Shown piece by piece: positions 37,314-47,931 of a stretch of 64,000 nucleotides of DNA. This DNA is from a virus: UHGV virus genome UHGV-0468246. One strand, written 5' to 3'. Every line of letters begins with the position of its first letter. Position 1 is the stretch's first letter. A program made the translations under genes and the position numbers. Under the pieces are notes generated by a model. That model was not told where the DNA came from, made no database searches, and saw only the letters and a program-made list of their open reading frames with translations.

Positions 37314-40300
37314 CTGCTTTCCTTTCCGATAACTCCGCCGCGCATCAATTCGTCAAGCGATGCGGAGTAAGAGGCGATCTTACCTCCGCTCGCAAGATCG
37401 TAGTCTATGCCCTCTGCGTACCCGGCATCGGCGAGCGCCGCGAGCACGGTGCCCTGATCGTCCGGAACGTCGAACAGGCGGGCCGCGACGCGGGCATCGT
37501 CGGTGTCCTCCGCGTACTCCTCCTCGGCATCTTCGGTCACCTCCGCGTCAGGCTCCTCCGCGTCGTCCAAGTCCTTGCGCAGCTCCTTGTTCTCCTGCGC
37601 CTCCTCCGTGTCGATGTCGCCGAAGCCCTCGGCGTACTCGACGTACTCGCACACGTCGCAGTAGATGCCGTCGAAGTCTGGGCTTCCGCATATCGGGCAC
37701 ACGCGGTCGGAGTTCTGCATGTCCACCTCTTCGGGGATGCGCAGCTTGTTCACCATGTTGTCGGCCAGCTTGTAGTGACCGGCGATCTCTTGGAGGGCAT
37801 CGGCGTAGAACTCCTCGTCGGCATCGGCGGCCTCCTCGACGGCGCTCCACACCTCTGCGGCAAGCTCGTCGTAGCTGTCGAAGGACAGGCCGAGGCTGTC
37901 GTACTCCTCGATGAAGTCGCTGGCGAAGCCGCTTGCGTCGTCTGCGGAGCCTTCCTTGCCCTCGCCGAACGGCTCGATGCCGAACCTCCTGCACGCGGCG
38001 TTCACCTTGTCGATGACGGCCTGCCTGTCATCGGACGGTATCTCGACCTTGTTCCCGCGATAGCCCTTGCCGAGCGCGGCCTTCGCCGCAGCGGCGTGGT
38101 CTTTGTCCGAGATGTCCAGCTTCCAATCGCTCGGATTGTCGGTCGGAGTGTACGCATAGTCCGACTTGCTCTTCTCCGCCGCCGTCACCCGAAGCAGCGT
38201 CCGCGCCTCGTCGTATACCTCATCGTTCATGTCGGTGTGCCTCCATTGCATCGTCCCGAACATATGGTCGGCAAGCGTCCCGTCTGCTCCGCTGCCCACG
38301 TAGCTCTCCACCACGTCGTTCAATTTCTTGTCGAAGATGTAGTCGTAGTTCTCCGTGTTCTCGAAGTCAGACCACCTCGCATAGCCGTACAGCTCGCCGC
38401 CGTACATCTGCCTGTTGATGCCGTCGAGGTACCAGTTGCACCCGCCAACGCCGTAGCCCCAATGGTCGGAGCCGCGAATAACGCCGTCAGGGAAGTACCA
38501 GTACTCGGAGCCTGATTCGCTCGTGTAGTCGGGAGCGCCCTGCGGCCTGTCCTCCACCTCCGCGAAGTTCGCCTCGGTCTCTATGTAGAAGTTGTCGGGG
38601 CCGAACTCCCTTTCCTTCGCGGCGACCTTGGCGGTCTTCGCCTCGGCCTCCAACGCCTGCACGGTGGCCGTCGGGTCTGCCGGGTCGTACACCCAGCTCT
38701 CCTCGAAGAACGCTATGCCGTTGCATATCTCGAACGCGAGAACGCCGTCGAACTCGCGCCCCTTCTGCTTGATGTGGTTGCAGAACTGGGCGGGCTGCTC
38801 TGCCACGTTCCCGCACACCGAGCACGTCGTGGTCTCGCAGTTATGAACGGCATACCCCTCGGCAATATAACTATGATCTTCCTCAACTTCAAAGTTATAC
38901 ACCATCCCCGTGTACGGAAGAACCCTTATGCGGTCTATGCGCCTCCAAGTGCCTTGTTCGTCAACATAGCACATCGCCATTTTCTTCTGTTCTTCGGAGC
39001 GATCTCCATAAGAGACGTAACGTGTGTGTTTGGCAATATCGGATATTCTCTCGGAAGACCTAGCGATTGGTTTGGACATCTTGATGCCAAGTTGAGTGCA
39101 TATTGAAAATATCTGATATGCAAGGTCTTTTGAAACGGTGGAATATGCGACCCTGTGATCATCAATGTAATGTCCGTCTCCATTAAGATACGCTTCGACA
39201 AGATCGCCAAGACACTCATCATCCCAGCGCATTGCTTCGTCGCTTATTCTTTTCCCATGGGAATACTTCCCACCATGCTCTAACATCATATTTGCAAGTT
39301 CCGGTGAATTGCACCTTATCGTAGCAGCTCCACGCTTGATATATGGCCCAACCGCCTTATATCCGAGTTCAGAGCAAAGCGCCATGACTTCATCGTGATA
39401 ATCAGTCTCGCTATCGCAAAACGTCCACTCGACAAACGCTGGTGCGCCAACACCAATGTTCAGCTTTTTGTCATATCCGAAGTTTCCCTCTGCGAGATAG
39501 TATCCAAGGAGCCTTGCGAACACGCGATTCCCGCCACGCGATGTGCGAACGGGCTTCGGGTCGAGAACGTAATCTCCAACCTCCAAGTCACTCGCAATGA
39601 CCCATCCTTCAAAATCGGGCTGGTATCCATGGCCGTCAACGCCGTTCTTCGCGGCCTCGCGCACATGCGCCGCAAGGCTTCTATGGCTCTTGAACGAGCG
39701 CCCGCAAATGCAAGAATGCTCTGCATTGTCGCCATCATGAGCTATCCTGCTTTCACGTATGGTTCGCATCGCGTCGTTCTTCATTCGACGCACCCAGACG
39801 GGATGCTCGTCGGTAAGAACCATCGGACGTTTGCTTCCATAAGATCGCACCTCATACACGATTCCGGAATGCAAGCTCGCCATCGTGTCGGCAACCCTTC
39901 GCACGTTCCCAAGATGCGTTATAACCTCATCGCCGACCGCAACGTCTTCGATGTTTTTGACGGTGCCGTTTGACATAGTTATATGCGTTCCGGGAACAAA
40001 GCAGTTGAGGCCCATGGAAACGGTGTCGATGTCGCCGCTGCGGATGAGCGCGCACAGCCTCGGGAACGTAACCTCGTCCATCTCCATCAGAATCTCTATC
40101 CAACGGTCTTCCGGGTCTTCGTCGTGGTACACCGCGTCGATGATGTAGCCGCGCGCCCTGTCGAGGTTCGTGTTCGAGTGGTTCACGTACACCGGCTTGC
40201 CGACGAACGTGCGGTACGCGGTCTTCAGCTCCTCGTGCGGCAGCATGTCGAAGTTCAGGTTCGGAACGTCTGCGGTGCATGCGCGGACGGAGACGTACAG

Positions 40301-40417
40301 GAACCCGTCGCCGCGATCATCGTACTCGAACGAGCCGAGGGCCTTGCGCGCGGCGACGCGCCCGGTCGTCCCGAAGCTCGTTCCGATTATGGAGCAGTTG
40401 GAGAACTTAACGAACAT
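37304..40417 (-). CDS. prohead protease-like protein with long acidic C-terminal region, interrupted by a LAGLIDADG intein
   Basis: The N-extein PVYVNHSNTNLDRARGYIIDA resembles the HK97-family protease His block. The intein runs from CFVPGTHITMSNG to VHN, followed by CETT, and contains LLGYYLAEGNF. Confidence 0.5.
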   Translation of the reverse strand: MFVKFSNCSIIGTSFGTTGRVAARKALGSFEYDDRGDGFLYVSVRACTADVPNLNFDMLPHEELKTAYRTFVGKPVYVNHSNTNLDRARGYIIDAVYHDEDPEDRWIEILMEMDEVTFPRLCALIRSGDIDTVSMGLNCFVPGTHITMSNGTVKNIEDVAVGDEVITHLGNVRRVADTMASLHSGIVYEVRSYGSKRPMVLTDEHPVWVRRMKNDAMRTIRESRIAHDGDNAEHSCICGRSFKSHRSLAAHVREAAKNGVDGHGYQPDFEGWVIASDLEVGDYVLDPKPVRTSRGGNRVFARLLGYYLAEGNFGYDKKLNIGVGAPAFVEWTFCDSETDYHDEVMALCSELGYKAVGPYIKRGAATIRCNSPELANMMLEHGGKYSHGKRISDEAMRWDDECLGDLVEAYLNGDGHYIDDHRVAYSTVSKDLAYQIFSICTQLGIKMSKPIARSSERISDIAKHTRYVSYGDRSEEQKKMAMCYVDEQGTWRRIDRIRVLPYTGMVYNFEVEEDHSYIAEGYAVHNCETTTCSVCGNVAEQPAQFCNHIKQKGREFDGVLAFEICNGIAFFEESWVYDPADPTATVQALEAEAKTAKVAAKEREFGPDNFYIETEANFAEVEDRPQGAPDYTSESGSEYWYFPDGVIRGSDHWGYGVGGCNWYLDGINRQMYGGELYGYARWSDFENTENYDYIFDKKLNDVVESYVGSGADGTLADHMFGTMQWRHTDMNDEVYDEARTLLRVTAAEKSKSDYAYTPTDNPSDWKLDISDKDHAAAAKAALGKGYRGNKVEIPSDDRQAVIDKVNAACRRFGIEPFGEGKEGSADDASGFASDFIEEYDSLGLSFDSYDELAAEVWSAVEEAADADEEFYADALQEIAGHYKLADNMVNKLRIPEEVDMQNSDRVCPICGSPDFDGIYCDVCEYVEYAEGFGDIDTEEAQENKELRKDLDDAEEPDAEVTEDAEEEYAEDTDDARVAARLFDVPDDQGTVLAALADAGYAEGIDYDLASGGKIASYSASLDELMRGGVIGKESRWL

Positions 40418-41003
40418 GCTTGCCCTTCTTCCTCGCCTTATACGCCATGTAGCAGTTCACGATCAAAGCGGCCTCCATGAGCGCCACCAGAGCCATTTTG
40501 ACGACGAGAAGCGCGTTCGGGCCCGGCAGGCCTATGAACGCGCTGTCGGCCAGCGTCACGACCGCGAGAACGCCCATTATGAGCGCTATGAGCATCTTGT
40601 CGTTCGCATAGTAGCGGATTGCCATGACGGCGAAGCCCGCGAAGACGACGAACGCCGACGGCATGACGACCGAGTGCGGCGCTCGCGTGAAGAAGCCGCC
40701 GATGACCGACGACATGAAGACGAACACGACGAGCAGCAGCATGTCTATCGAACGCCAGCTCTTGTCGGTCGCCCCCGCGAACATGAAGACACCCGCCATG
40801 CCGTAGGCTGCGAGCGAGAAGAAGCGGGCGAACATGTCGTGCTCGCCCACCGATGCGATGATCGAGGCGGAGAGCGCCATCGAGGCGAGCGCTGCGGCCA
40901 TGTAGGGCATGCTCTTGTCCCCGCACGTCCTGACGCTCAACGCGGACGCGATGACGAATATCGGAAAAGTCGCTCCGAAGATCGAGAAGACAGCGGCGTT
41001 CAT
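40407..41003 (-). CDS. integral membrane protein (about 5 TM segments)
   Basis: Real start MNAAVF. Hydrophobic throughout. ATGA overlap with the upstream gene. Confidence 0.4.
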   Translation of the reverse strand: MNAAVFSIFGATFPIFVIASALSVRTCGDKSMPYMAAALASMALSASIIASVGEHDMFARFFSLAAYGMAGVFMFAGATDKSWRSIDMLLLVVFVFMSSVIGGFFTRAPHSVVMPSAFVVFAGFAVMAIRYYANDKMLIALIMGVLAVVTLADSAFIGLPGPNALLVVKMALVALMEAALIVNCYMAYKARKKGKHVR

Positions 41004-41368
41004 CGCTTTTCGCCTCCCTTCGAGGAGCTTGCTTCGTCCTTCGAGCCTCCGAACTTCGATTCGAGCGAGTTTATGATCTGCTCCAATATCATGGGGGCTA
41101 TGATGGCCGAAGAGAAGGCCGTCCAGATCGACTGATCGACTATCACGCCGACCGCGCCGCCCATTATCAGCGACGCTACGAAGCCGAGATGGACGTACAC
41201 GCCTCCGTCGTCCTTGCGCTCGATGCGCAGCGGAAGCTCCAAGCAGCCGTCGTTCACGCAGATGTCGCGGACGAACGCACCGCAAGCACCGGCGAGGAAC
41301 AGGAACAAAGCCTGCTCGAAGCTGGTTATCTCGCTCATGTGCACGATCGATGCGAAAAGTTCGTCCAC
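41000..41368 (-). CDS. small membrane protein (122 aa)
   Basis: Two or three hydrophobic segments and an acidic C-terminal tail. Confidence 0.4.
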   Translation of the reverse strand: MDELFASIVHMSEITSFEQALFLFLAGACGAFVRDICVNDGCLELPLRIERKDDGGVYVHLGFVASLIMGGAVGVIVDQSIWTAFSSAIIAPMILEQIINSLESKFGGSKDEASSSKGGEKR

Positions 41369-41383
41369 GCTGCGCTCCCTTCT

Positions 41384-42367
41384 TTAGTAAAGGGAGGCAT
41401 CTTCTCCCTTGTAGCGGTCTCTGTTGCGAGCCAACTGGCCGGTGCTCTCCTCTTGGAGTTCCTTCTGCTCCTGCTGGCTGAATATCCTTGTGGCGCTTTT
41501 ATTGTATCCGCTGTTGCTTTTCGCCGCCACTGGCAACGCGACGCGCCGAGCGCCCGCAGACACGCACATGACACCGCCGTACTCGTGGACGCGCATCGCC
41601 TCGCGGATGCCGCGCTGCATCGTCTCGGGGGCCGATTCGTCGAGGAACGCGACGGCCTCGCGCCTCTCGCCCTCGTTGGTCGAGTACAGGCGCGCGACCA
41701 TGGCGTTGAACACCTCGTCCTCGAAGCAGTCGGGGCACAGTTCGTGCAGCCCATCGCGCTCGCCGTATTTCCCGCAGTGCGAGCAGAAGCCCGTCTCGTT
41801 GTAAACCATGCTTGCCGTCCTATCTCCGAAGAACTCTTTCCTCGCCCTCGCGTTGCTCACCATGAGCGTCGCGAGCGCGTGGCTGCACATCCTGCCGCCC
41901 CAGCCGCTCCTGCTGCTGTGGCCCGGAGCGCCGTCGTAGTAGCTGCCCCACTTGCAATCGCACAGGTAGCCCTGAACCCATCCGCCGTAGTTAGGCGACT
42001 TGTTCCATCCCTTGCGCGCGAGTATCACGCCGTAGGGGCCTCCGCGATAGACGGGGAAGCGCCCCGCCACCTGCGCGCTCGTGACGACGGCATCGACCTC
42101 CTCGCTGTCGTCGCGGGTGATGACAACGCCGCCCGTGGCGGCTATGGCCTCGGCCTTCGCCTTCACGTCCGCCCATGCCGCGCGCTTCTCCAACATCGAC
42201 GTTTTCCGCATGTCGTCTGCCACCGCGAGCGGGCAGTGCAGCAGGCGCTCGTCGGAGCGTTCGTAGGAGCATGCGCCAAGCTCGACGCTCGCCGTCCTCT
42301 CCGACACGTCAACCCTCTGCACGCACCGCCCGCAGTCCCAGAACATGCAGTCGCATCCGCTACTCAT
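41384..42367 (-). CDS. SWIM zinc-finger protein
   Basis: Real start MSSGCDC. The segment CDCKWGSYYDGAPGHSSRSGWGGRMCSHALA fits the CxCx(n)CxH SWIM pattern. Confidence 0.45.
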   Translation of the reverse strand: MSSGCDCMFWDCGRCVQRVDVSERTASVELGACSYERSDERLLHCPLAVADDMRKTSMLEKRAAWADVKAKAEAIAATGGVVITRDDSEEVDAVVTSAQVAGRFPVYRGGPYGVILARKGWNKSPNYGGWVQGYLCDCKWGSYYDGAPGHSSRSGWGGRMCSHALATLMVSNARARKEFFGDRTASMVYNETGFCSHCGKYGERDGLHELCPDCFEDEVFNAMVARLYSTNEGERREAVAFLDESAPETMQRGIREAMRVHEYGGVMCVSAGARRVALPVAAKSNSGYNKSATRIFSQQEQKELQEESTGQLARNRDRYKGEDASLY

Positions 42368-45300
42368 CGCCGCCGTCCTCCGCGACCAACGGCACGCCCT
42401 GCTCCACCAGAGATGCCGTTCGCTTGCTGCGGACGCTTGCGCGGTGGTTGGCGACCACGGAGCGCTTCGTGCTCCCAACGTCCTTCATGGCGCTTCTGGC
42501 GGCCTCGTGCGGGATGTCTCCGCCCTTCGCCGCGAACGTGCCCGGAGCGTCCATGTCCTCGCGCCTCTCGTCCGACACGTCGGGTCTTGCGCCGTCTCCG
42601 GGGGCGTACTCCTCCTCGTCCACCACGTCGGTCACCGCTTCGAGCTGCGATACCGCCTCCTCTTCGGGCGACTTCCCGAACGGGCCGTCCTTGCCGTCGT
42701 CCTCCTTCGGGGCTATCTTCTTCAGAAGCTCCTGCTCTTCCAACGGCGCTATGCCGTCCTTCATGAACTTCACCGTGTCGGGAGGAACGGGAACGCCCTT
42801 CTCGACGCACGCGCGGAAGATCGCGGCGTGCTCCTCCGCGCGCTGCACGGCATCGTGTATGGCATCCTGCGATGCCTGCTCCGCCGTCGCACGGTAGTCG
42901 ATGTCGGTTCCCATGAAGAACGCCTGACGGGCGATTGGCACGCCCTGCTTCTGCAACTGCATGAGGAAGTCGCGCGTCTTCTCCGTCGTGTTGAAGTTGA
43001 TCGTCTCCATGCGCAGCTCCGGATAGAGCAGCTTGGGAACCTCCTTGATGACGTAGCCGCCCTCTCCGTCGTTGACCGATTCGTCCCACACCTCGCGCCA
43101 CTCGGTCTTGTCGATCTTGACCCCGCCTATGATGTCGTAGTCGTAGATGCCGTTCGCCTCGGCGACGAACGCCGCGCGGCGGTTGTACAGCTCGCACAGG
43201 CACTTCTGGTAGCTGCGGAGCATCTGGCTCGCCAGCTCGAACTCCATGGCCGACGTTGCGTACGGGCCGCTCGCAGGCTTCAAGATCGACGATGAGAGGC
43301 CCCACGCCATGAACAGGCGGTCGTCGTACATGTCGATGTCGTTCTTGAAGTTCGCCATCTTGTCGCCGCGTATGACCTCCTGCACGTTCACAAACTGGTT
43401 TGTGACCAAGGCTCGGAAGTCGGACGAAAGCGCCTCGTCGAGACGCGTTCGGAAGGTAGCTATGGCGTTCGGAGACGGGATGTAGGGGCTTCCGTCGGCA
43501 AGGTTGCCTCCGAGCGAGAACAAGAGGAGCGGCGCGTACATGCGGTCTGCCGTCGCGAGCATGGCCGACTGAAGGCGCTCCTCCAACCGCAGGGTGTTCC
43601 AAGCGCGCAGGGCGACCGGCGTTCCGTGAAGGTCTCGCACGCTGTCCTTGTTCGCGAGGTGGACGCATCGGTCTGGCGATATGAGGATGTCCTTTCCGGT
43701 CTTCACCAGCTCGGCGAACTCCGGGTTCTCCTCCTCGAAGATGCGCCCTGCAACGTCCATGCTGTTGACGATGCGCTTCATGTCCTCGTCGGGAACGAAC
43801 TTCAAGATGTTCTCCGATGAGAACGGCACCCTTATTATCTCCATCTGGCGCGGGTCTAAAAGCTCCTCGCCCGTCCATATGCCCAAGCTGTCGTCCCACA
43901 CGCCGTTGGCGAACACCTCTCCGTACTGCCAGTACTCGCGGCCAACGTCGATCAGGAAGTTCTCGTAGTCCAAGTCCTCGAAGAAAATCTGCTCGAAGAA
44001 GTCTTTCACGTCCTTGTTCTTGCATTCGAGGTGCGCGCCTGCGGTGGGGTACCTCGCGTACACCTCCAAGCAGTTGTGAGACGCGAAGCCGTCGGCTAGA
44101 TAGCTATGGTCTTCATCGACCTCCAAGTTGTACACGGCCCCCTCGAACCTCTCGACGGACACCGACTTCACCGCGAAGTGCATGTAGTCGCCGCTTAGGA
44201 AGCCGAGGGAGACGCGCGAGTACGGGCGCTTCTCGCGCTCGTGCCGTATACCATTGTCGTCGCGAAAAGAGCATGCCGATGCCCCGCTGTACCTCACAGC
44301 GCCGAGCGACGTTTGCACGATGGACGCTTTCTCATTGTCCGCGACGAACCTCTCGAACATGCAGTTCCGAGGCCATTTCACGCACACCTCGTAACCGCAC
44401 CTGATCGAAATAGCGGCAAGGCCGTTCACAAGATCGCGGGAGACGCTGTTCATCACGATCTCGTTCTTCCCGTTGCAGCCGTCTCCACGGAAGAACCCGA
44501 CAAGCAGCTGACGCTGCTTCTCGATTGGAAGCTCCTGAACCCATAGCGGTATGCGCTTCGAGTGAGCGCCGCACAAAAACTCATCGCGCAGCCATTGGGC
44601 GAGCGGCGCGGAGTTCACATCGACGACCCACATGTTCCTGCGCCCGTCTCTGCGAGCCTTCGCCTCGATGCCGAGGCATTCGCGGCATATCCTCTTAACG
44701 TCATCAACGTACTCGACCTCATGCGCGCCGAAGCAGATGCTCGTCCTGTTGCCCGATGCCGCTCCGTCAGAGAGATGGTATCCCACGAACCTGAAGAAGT
44801 CTGCATTCGCCTTGATCTCCAACCGCATCGAACGCTTCGACTTCGTTGGGGGGACGACCTTGCCCGTCTTCGTCTTGTACGAACCCTGAACCCATTCGAC
44901 ATCGCGCTTCGCGACGATACGCTCGACATCCTCGACGCTTTTGCCGACCGGCATCACAAGATAGTCTCCGATGCGAACCTCGCTCGCCGAAACCCACTTG
45001 TACTCGCCCTCCGGCAGCGCTCCGTCAAGGTACGTCGTGCCGCCCGTGCGTCTGAACACGTACAGGTTGTGGTCTTCGGTGCAGCGCAGCTCCGAATCGC
45101 TCTGATGCACCTTGAACGAATACATGTCCCCGTCATACCCGAACGCCATTGTTTCGAGAACCTTGCGGTAGCGCCCAGCATGCGTCTTTACCTCGTCTCC
45201 GACCGCCACGTCCTCGATGGGCACGAGAGACCCTTCGACATCGACGAGCGTCCCGGCGGGGTGGCACGCGCGCATGACGGGGTTGGTCTTCATGATGACC

Positions 45301-45581
45301 TCAACGCCGTCGAGGAGGTTCTTCCTCGCCTCCTCGTTGTGGTCGATGTCCATGTAGTTGTTGTAGCCGTAGCCTCTAAGGCCGATGCGCTTCTGGCGCG
45401 CCGGGTCGAATATGCGCGGTATGGCGAACTCCGCCCCCGGCTCCCCGAACGCCGCCGTGTGCTCGAACTTCGAGCTTGCCGGTGCCGCCTGCTCAACGAG
45501 CACGCGAAGATGGGACGCGTCGTGCGCCTGCACCTGACGGGTGGGGAGGTTGACTATCGCCTTCTTGCCTTTAGATTCCAT
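42360..45581 (-). CDS. portal protein candidate interrupted by a LAGLIDADG intein
   Basis: 1073 aa. The intein runs from CHPAGTLVDVEGS to SHN, followed by CLEV, and contains LLVGFFRGDGCNG and FVGYHLSDGA. The extein is about 630 aa and lies downstream of the terminase. Confidence 0.45.
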   Translation of the reverse strand: MESKGKKAIVNLPTRQVQAHDASHLRVLVEQAAPASSKFEHTAAFGEPGAEFAIPRIFDPARQKRIGLRGYGYNNYMDIDHNEEARKNLLDGVEVIMKTNPVMRACHPAGTLVDVEGSLVPIEDVAVGDEVKTHAGRYRKVLETMAFGYDGDMYSFKVHQSDSELRCTEDHNLYVFRRTGGTTYLDGALPEGEYKWVSASEVRIGDYLVMPVGKSVEDVERIVAKRDVEWVQGSYKTKTGKVVPPTKSKRSMRLEIKANADFFRFVGYHLSDGAASGNRTSICFGAHEVEYVDDVKRICRECLGIEAKARRDGRRNMWVVDVNSAPLAQWLRDEFLCGAHSKRIPLWVQELPIEKQRQLLVGFFRGDGCNGKNEIVMNSVSRDLVNGLAAISIRCGYEVCVKWPRNCMFERFVADNEKASIVQTSLGAVRYSGASACSFRDDNGIRHEREKRPYSRVSLGFLSGDYMHFAVKSVSVERFEGAVYNLEVDEDHSYLADGFASHNCLEVYARYPTAGAHLECKNKDVKDFFEQIFFEDLDYENFLIDVGREYWQYGEVFANGVWDDSLGIWTGEELLDPRQMEIIRVPFSSENILKFVPDEDMKRIVNSMDVAGRIFEEENPEFAELVKTGKDILISPDRCVHLANKDSVRDLHGTPVALRAWNTLRLEERLQSAMLATADRMYAPLLLFSLGGNLADGSPYIPSPNAIATFRTRLDEALSSDFRALVTNQFVNVQEVIRGDKMANFKNDIDMYDDRLFMAWGLSSSILKPASGPYATSAMEFELASQMLRSYQKCLCELYNRRAAFVAEANGIYDYDIIGGVKIDKTEWREVWDESVNDGEGGYVIKEVPKLLYPELRMETINFNTTEKTRDFLMQLQKQGVPIARQAFFMGTDIDYRATAEQASQDAIHDAVQRAEEHAAIFRACVEKGVPVPPDTVKFMKDGIAPLEEQELLKKIAPKEDDGKDGPFGKSPEEEAVSQLEAVTDVVDEEEYAPGDGARPDVSDERREDMDAPGTFAAKGGDIPHEAARSAMKDVGSTKRSVVANHRASVRSKRTASLVEQGVPLVAEDGGDE

Positions 45582-47931
45582 GGACTTCGCATCCTATCTC
45601 CTTGTAGCTGCTGCCGTCGCTTAGTATGTACGGCTTCACGCTGTACTCGACCTCGCTGTTCATCAGCGTGGCGCTCGACTGCTCCAACCGCAGCGCGTTC
45701 TTTCCGCTAATTATACAGTCTTCAACGGTGAACCCGTCGCAATCGTAGAGGTACACGCCGGTGTCCACCGCCCGGTAAGAGTAGTAGACGGTGTTGGAAA
45801 GCTCGGAGACGGTGCCCTGCTTGTCTATCGCCCCTATGCGGAACGCGTTGTCCTTCGAGGAAAGGGCGGTCTCCATGAACACGACGGTGCCGTAGCTCGC
45901 CTTGCCCTTGCGCCAATCCGTCGCCGCCAGACCGTTCACGTAGATTCGGTACTTGTAGTACGTTCCGTCGTCCGTCCACGGCGCGCCCTCGCTCGCCGGG
46001 TTGAAGGCGAGTATCGCCTTCGAGCTGTCGGTTGACGAGCGCGTGACCGTGAGCAGCACCGGCGGCTTCACGTGCGGCGGGTTGTACTGGTACTCCACGC
46101 GCCCCGGCACGCTGGCCCAGTCGTTGTACGCCGTGACCGTGAAGGTCGTCAGCTCGACCTCGAACCAATCGACGGCCAGCGTGTAGTCGGTCTGCCCACT
46201 CACGTATTGGACGGTGAACGAGCGCGAGTTCACGTTGTTGGTTATCACGAACCGCGTGGGGGCAACGTCGATGATCGCGGAGAACGACAGCACCAGCTTC
46301 GTTATCTCCTGATCTTCGTAGTTGTTGTCCTGACGCGCGCGCACCCAGTTGAAGCCCATGGGAGGGCTTTTCAGCGTGAGGGTGGCGCTGTAGGGCGAGT
46401 ATCGACCGGACACGGAGCTGTAGACGCGCGCCCTCACGTAATAGGTGAGGTACTGCGTCGTGAGCGAGCCGTTGAACGATGTCCACGTGCTGTTGTTCGT
46501 CGAGTATTCGAGCTGCACGACCGAGCTGTAGGTGTTGCCAGCGTCGTTCTTCGACGATGCGGACAGCGACGTGCCGGAGCGCGAGCCTGTCGGTGTCGCC
46601 GGGGCGTAGAGGGTGCCGTACCCCGTGACGCTGCCGGAGTTCGCCGTGCCGCCCGTGCCGTACGCCTGCACGTACACGCTGCCGGTCTTGCCCTTGATCG
46701 AGGAGGGCCAGCTGATCGAATAAGATGCGCCGGAAACCGCGCCCGAAGCGCTCGCCACCGTCTTGACCAGCGAGCCGCCAGCGTAGATTCTGAACCCCGT
46801 TCGCGGCTTCGACGCGGTTGGCGCGTTCGCCGAGAACGTGACGGTCGCCGTCGTGTCGGTGACCGACGAGAGCGAAAGGCCGTAGGGAGCGTCGGGCGCT
46901 ACCGCGCCGTTCGCCAGCGAAACCGTCGATATGCTTCCCGCGAAGCCGTCGAGGTACGTGTACGTCGCGTAGCTCGCTTTGTCGGAGCGCTTCCAAGCGG
47001 CGTAGCTCGACACCTGCACGAGGCTGAACTTCTTCGTCTCGTAGCCGCCCGTGGTGCTCCAAATGCTCGCGTTGCTGTAGGTCGCAACGCCGGGTTCCAG
47101 CTTCGCAAGCAGCTTCGCGCTGCCAGCGTTCAGCTTGCCGTTCGAGGAGACGGACACCGTTCCCTCGTAGATGTAGGTGTAGTAATCGGTGAGCGACTGG
47201 GTGTTCTTCCACGTGAACGTAGCCCCGAACGTGGTGTTCGCCTTGACCGAGAAGCCGGTGGGGGCGCTCGGCCTCGTCAGGAGCGCAACGGTCTGCGACA
47301 GCTTCCAAGAGCCTGTCTTGCCGTACGTCGCTATCCTTCGAGAGCTGACGTTGCCGTTCGCGCTCACGCTGTTCGTCCACGGGTTGGCGCTGATCTGCGA
47401 GCCAGACCATCCCGGAGATGCCGCGTCGCTGTCGAACACGGCAACGTCAACGTTCGTCTGCGTGGCGGGTGCCTGCGCGGTCGAATGCGTGTCGTACGCA
47501 AGGCTCTCGCTCGTGCCGTTCGACGACGTGTACGATGTGATCGTCGGGGTCGCCTGCGTCGCCCAAGTAGCGTCGAAGTAAGTCCTGAAGTCGGGAATAT
47601 CGACGGAGCCTACCACGTTCGACGAGCCGGAAACGCCGCCGTCGCAGAACGTCGTGTAGTAGTCGGCATCGTAGCCGGGGTACAGCGTCACGCTCCACGT
47701 CTGGTTGCCGCTGCCAGCCTCGGTGTTGCTCCACGAGAACCGATGGGAGTTCCCGCCGATGGTGACGTTCACGTACCTCTCGTCGGAGTAGAGCCACGCG
47801 TTGTAGGTCTCGTAGTAGGCCGTGACCCTGAACGTGACTGCGGTGCCGGAGCGGGACGTGACCGACGTATCGACGTAGAAGCGAACGCCCCATCCTCCCT
47901 TGTTGTACGCAGACCAGCCGGAGTTAGCCAT
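45571..47931 (-). CDS. large Ser/Thr-rich beta-repeat protein (786 aa)
   Basis: Long ORF with protein-like but S/T/G/Y-rich composition. Unusual position between terminase and portal. Confidence 0.45.
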   Translation of the reverse strand: MANSGWSAYNKGGWGVRFYVDTSVTSRSGTAVTFRVTAYYETYNAWLYSDERYVNVTIGGNSHRFSWSNTEAGSGNQTWSVTLYPGYDADYYTTFCDGGVSGSSNVVGSVDIPDFRTYFDATWATQATPTITSYTSSNGTSESLAYDTHSTAQAPATQTNVDVAVFDSDAASPGWSGSQISANPWTNSVSANGNVSSRRIATYGKTGSWKLSQTVALLTRPSAPTGFSVKANTTFGATFTWKNTQSLTDYYTYIYEGTVSVSSNGKLNAGSAKLLAKLEPGVATYSNASIWSTTGGYETKKFSLVQVSSYAAWKRSDKASYATYTYLDGFAGSISTVSLANGAVAPDAPYGLSLSSVTDTTATVTFSANAPTASKPRTGFRIYAGGSLVKTVASASGAVSGASYSISWPSSIKGKTGSVYVQAYGTGGTANSGSVTGYGTLYAPATPTGSRSGTSLSASSKNDAGNTYSSVVQLEYSTNNSTWTSFNGSLTTQYLTYYVRARVYSSVSGRYSPYSATLTLKSPPMGFNWVRARQDNNYEDQEITKLVLSFSAIIDVAPTRFVITNNVNSRSFTVQYVSGQTDYTLAVDWFEVELTTFTVTAYNDWASVPGRVEYQYNPPHVKPPVLLTVTRSSTDSSKAILAFNPASEGAPWTDDGTYYKYRIYVNGLAATDWRKGKASYGTVVFMETALSSKDNAFRIGAIDKQGTVSELSNTVYYSYRAVDTGVYLYDCDGFTVEDCIISGKNALRLEQSSATLMNSEVEYSVKPYILSDGSSYKEIGCEVHGI

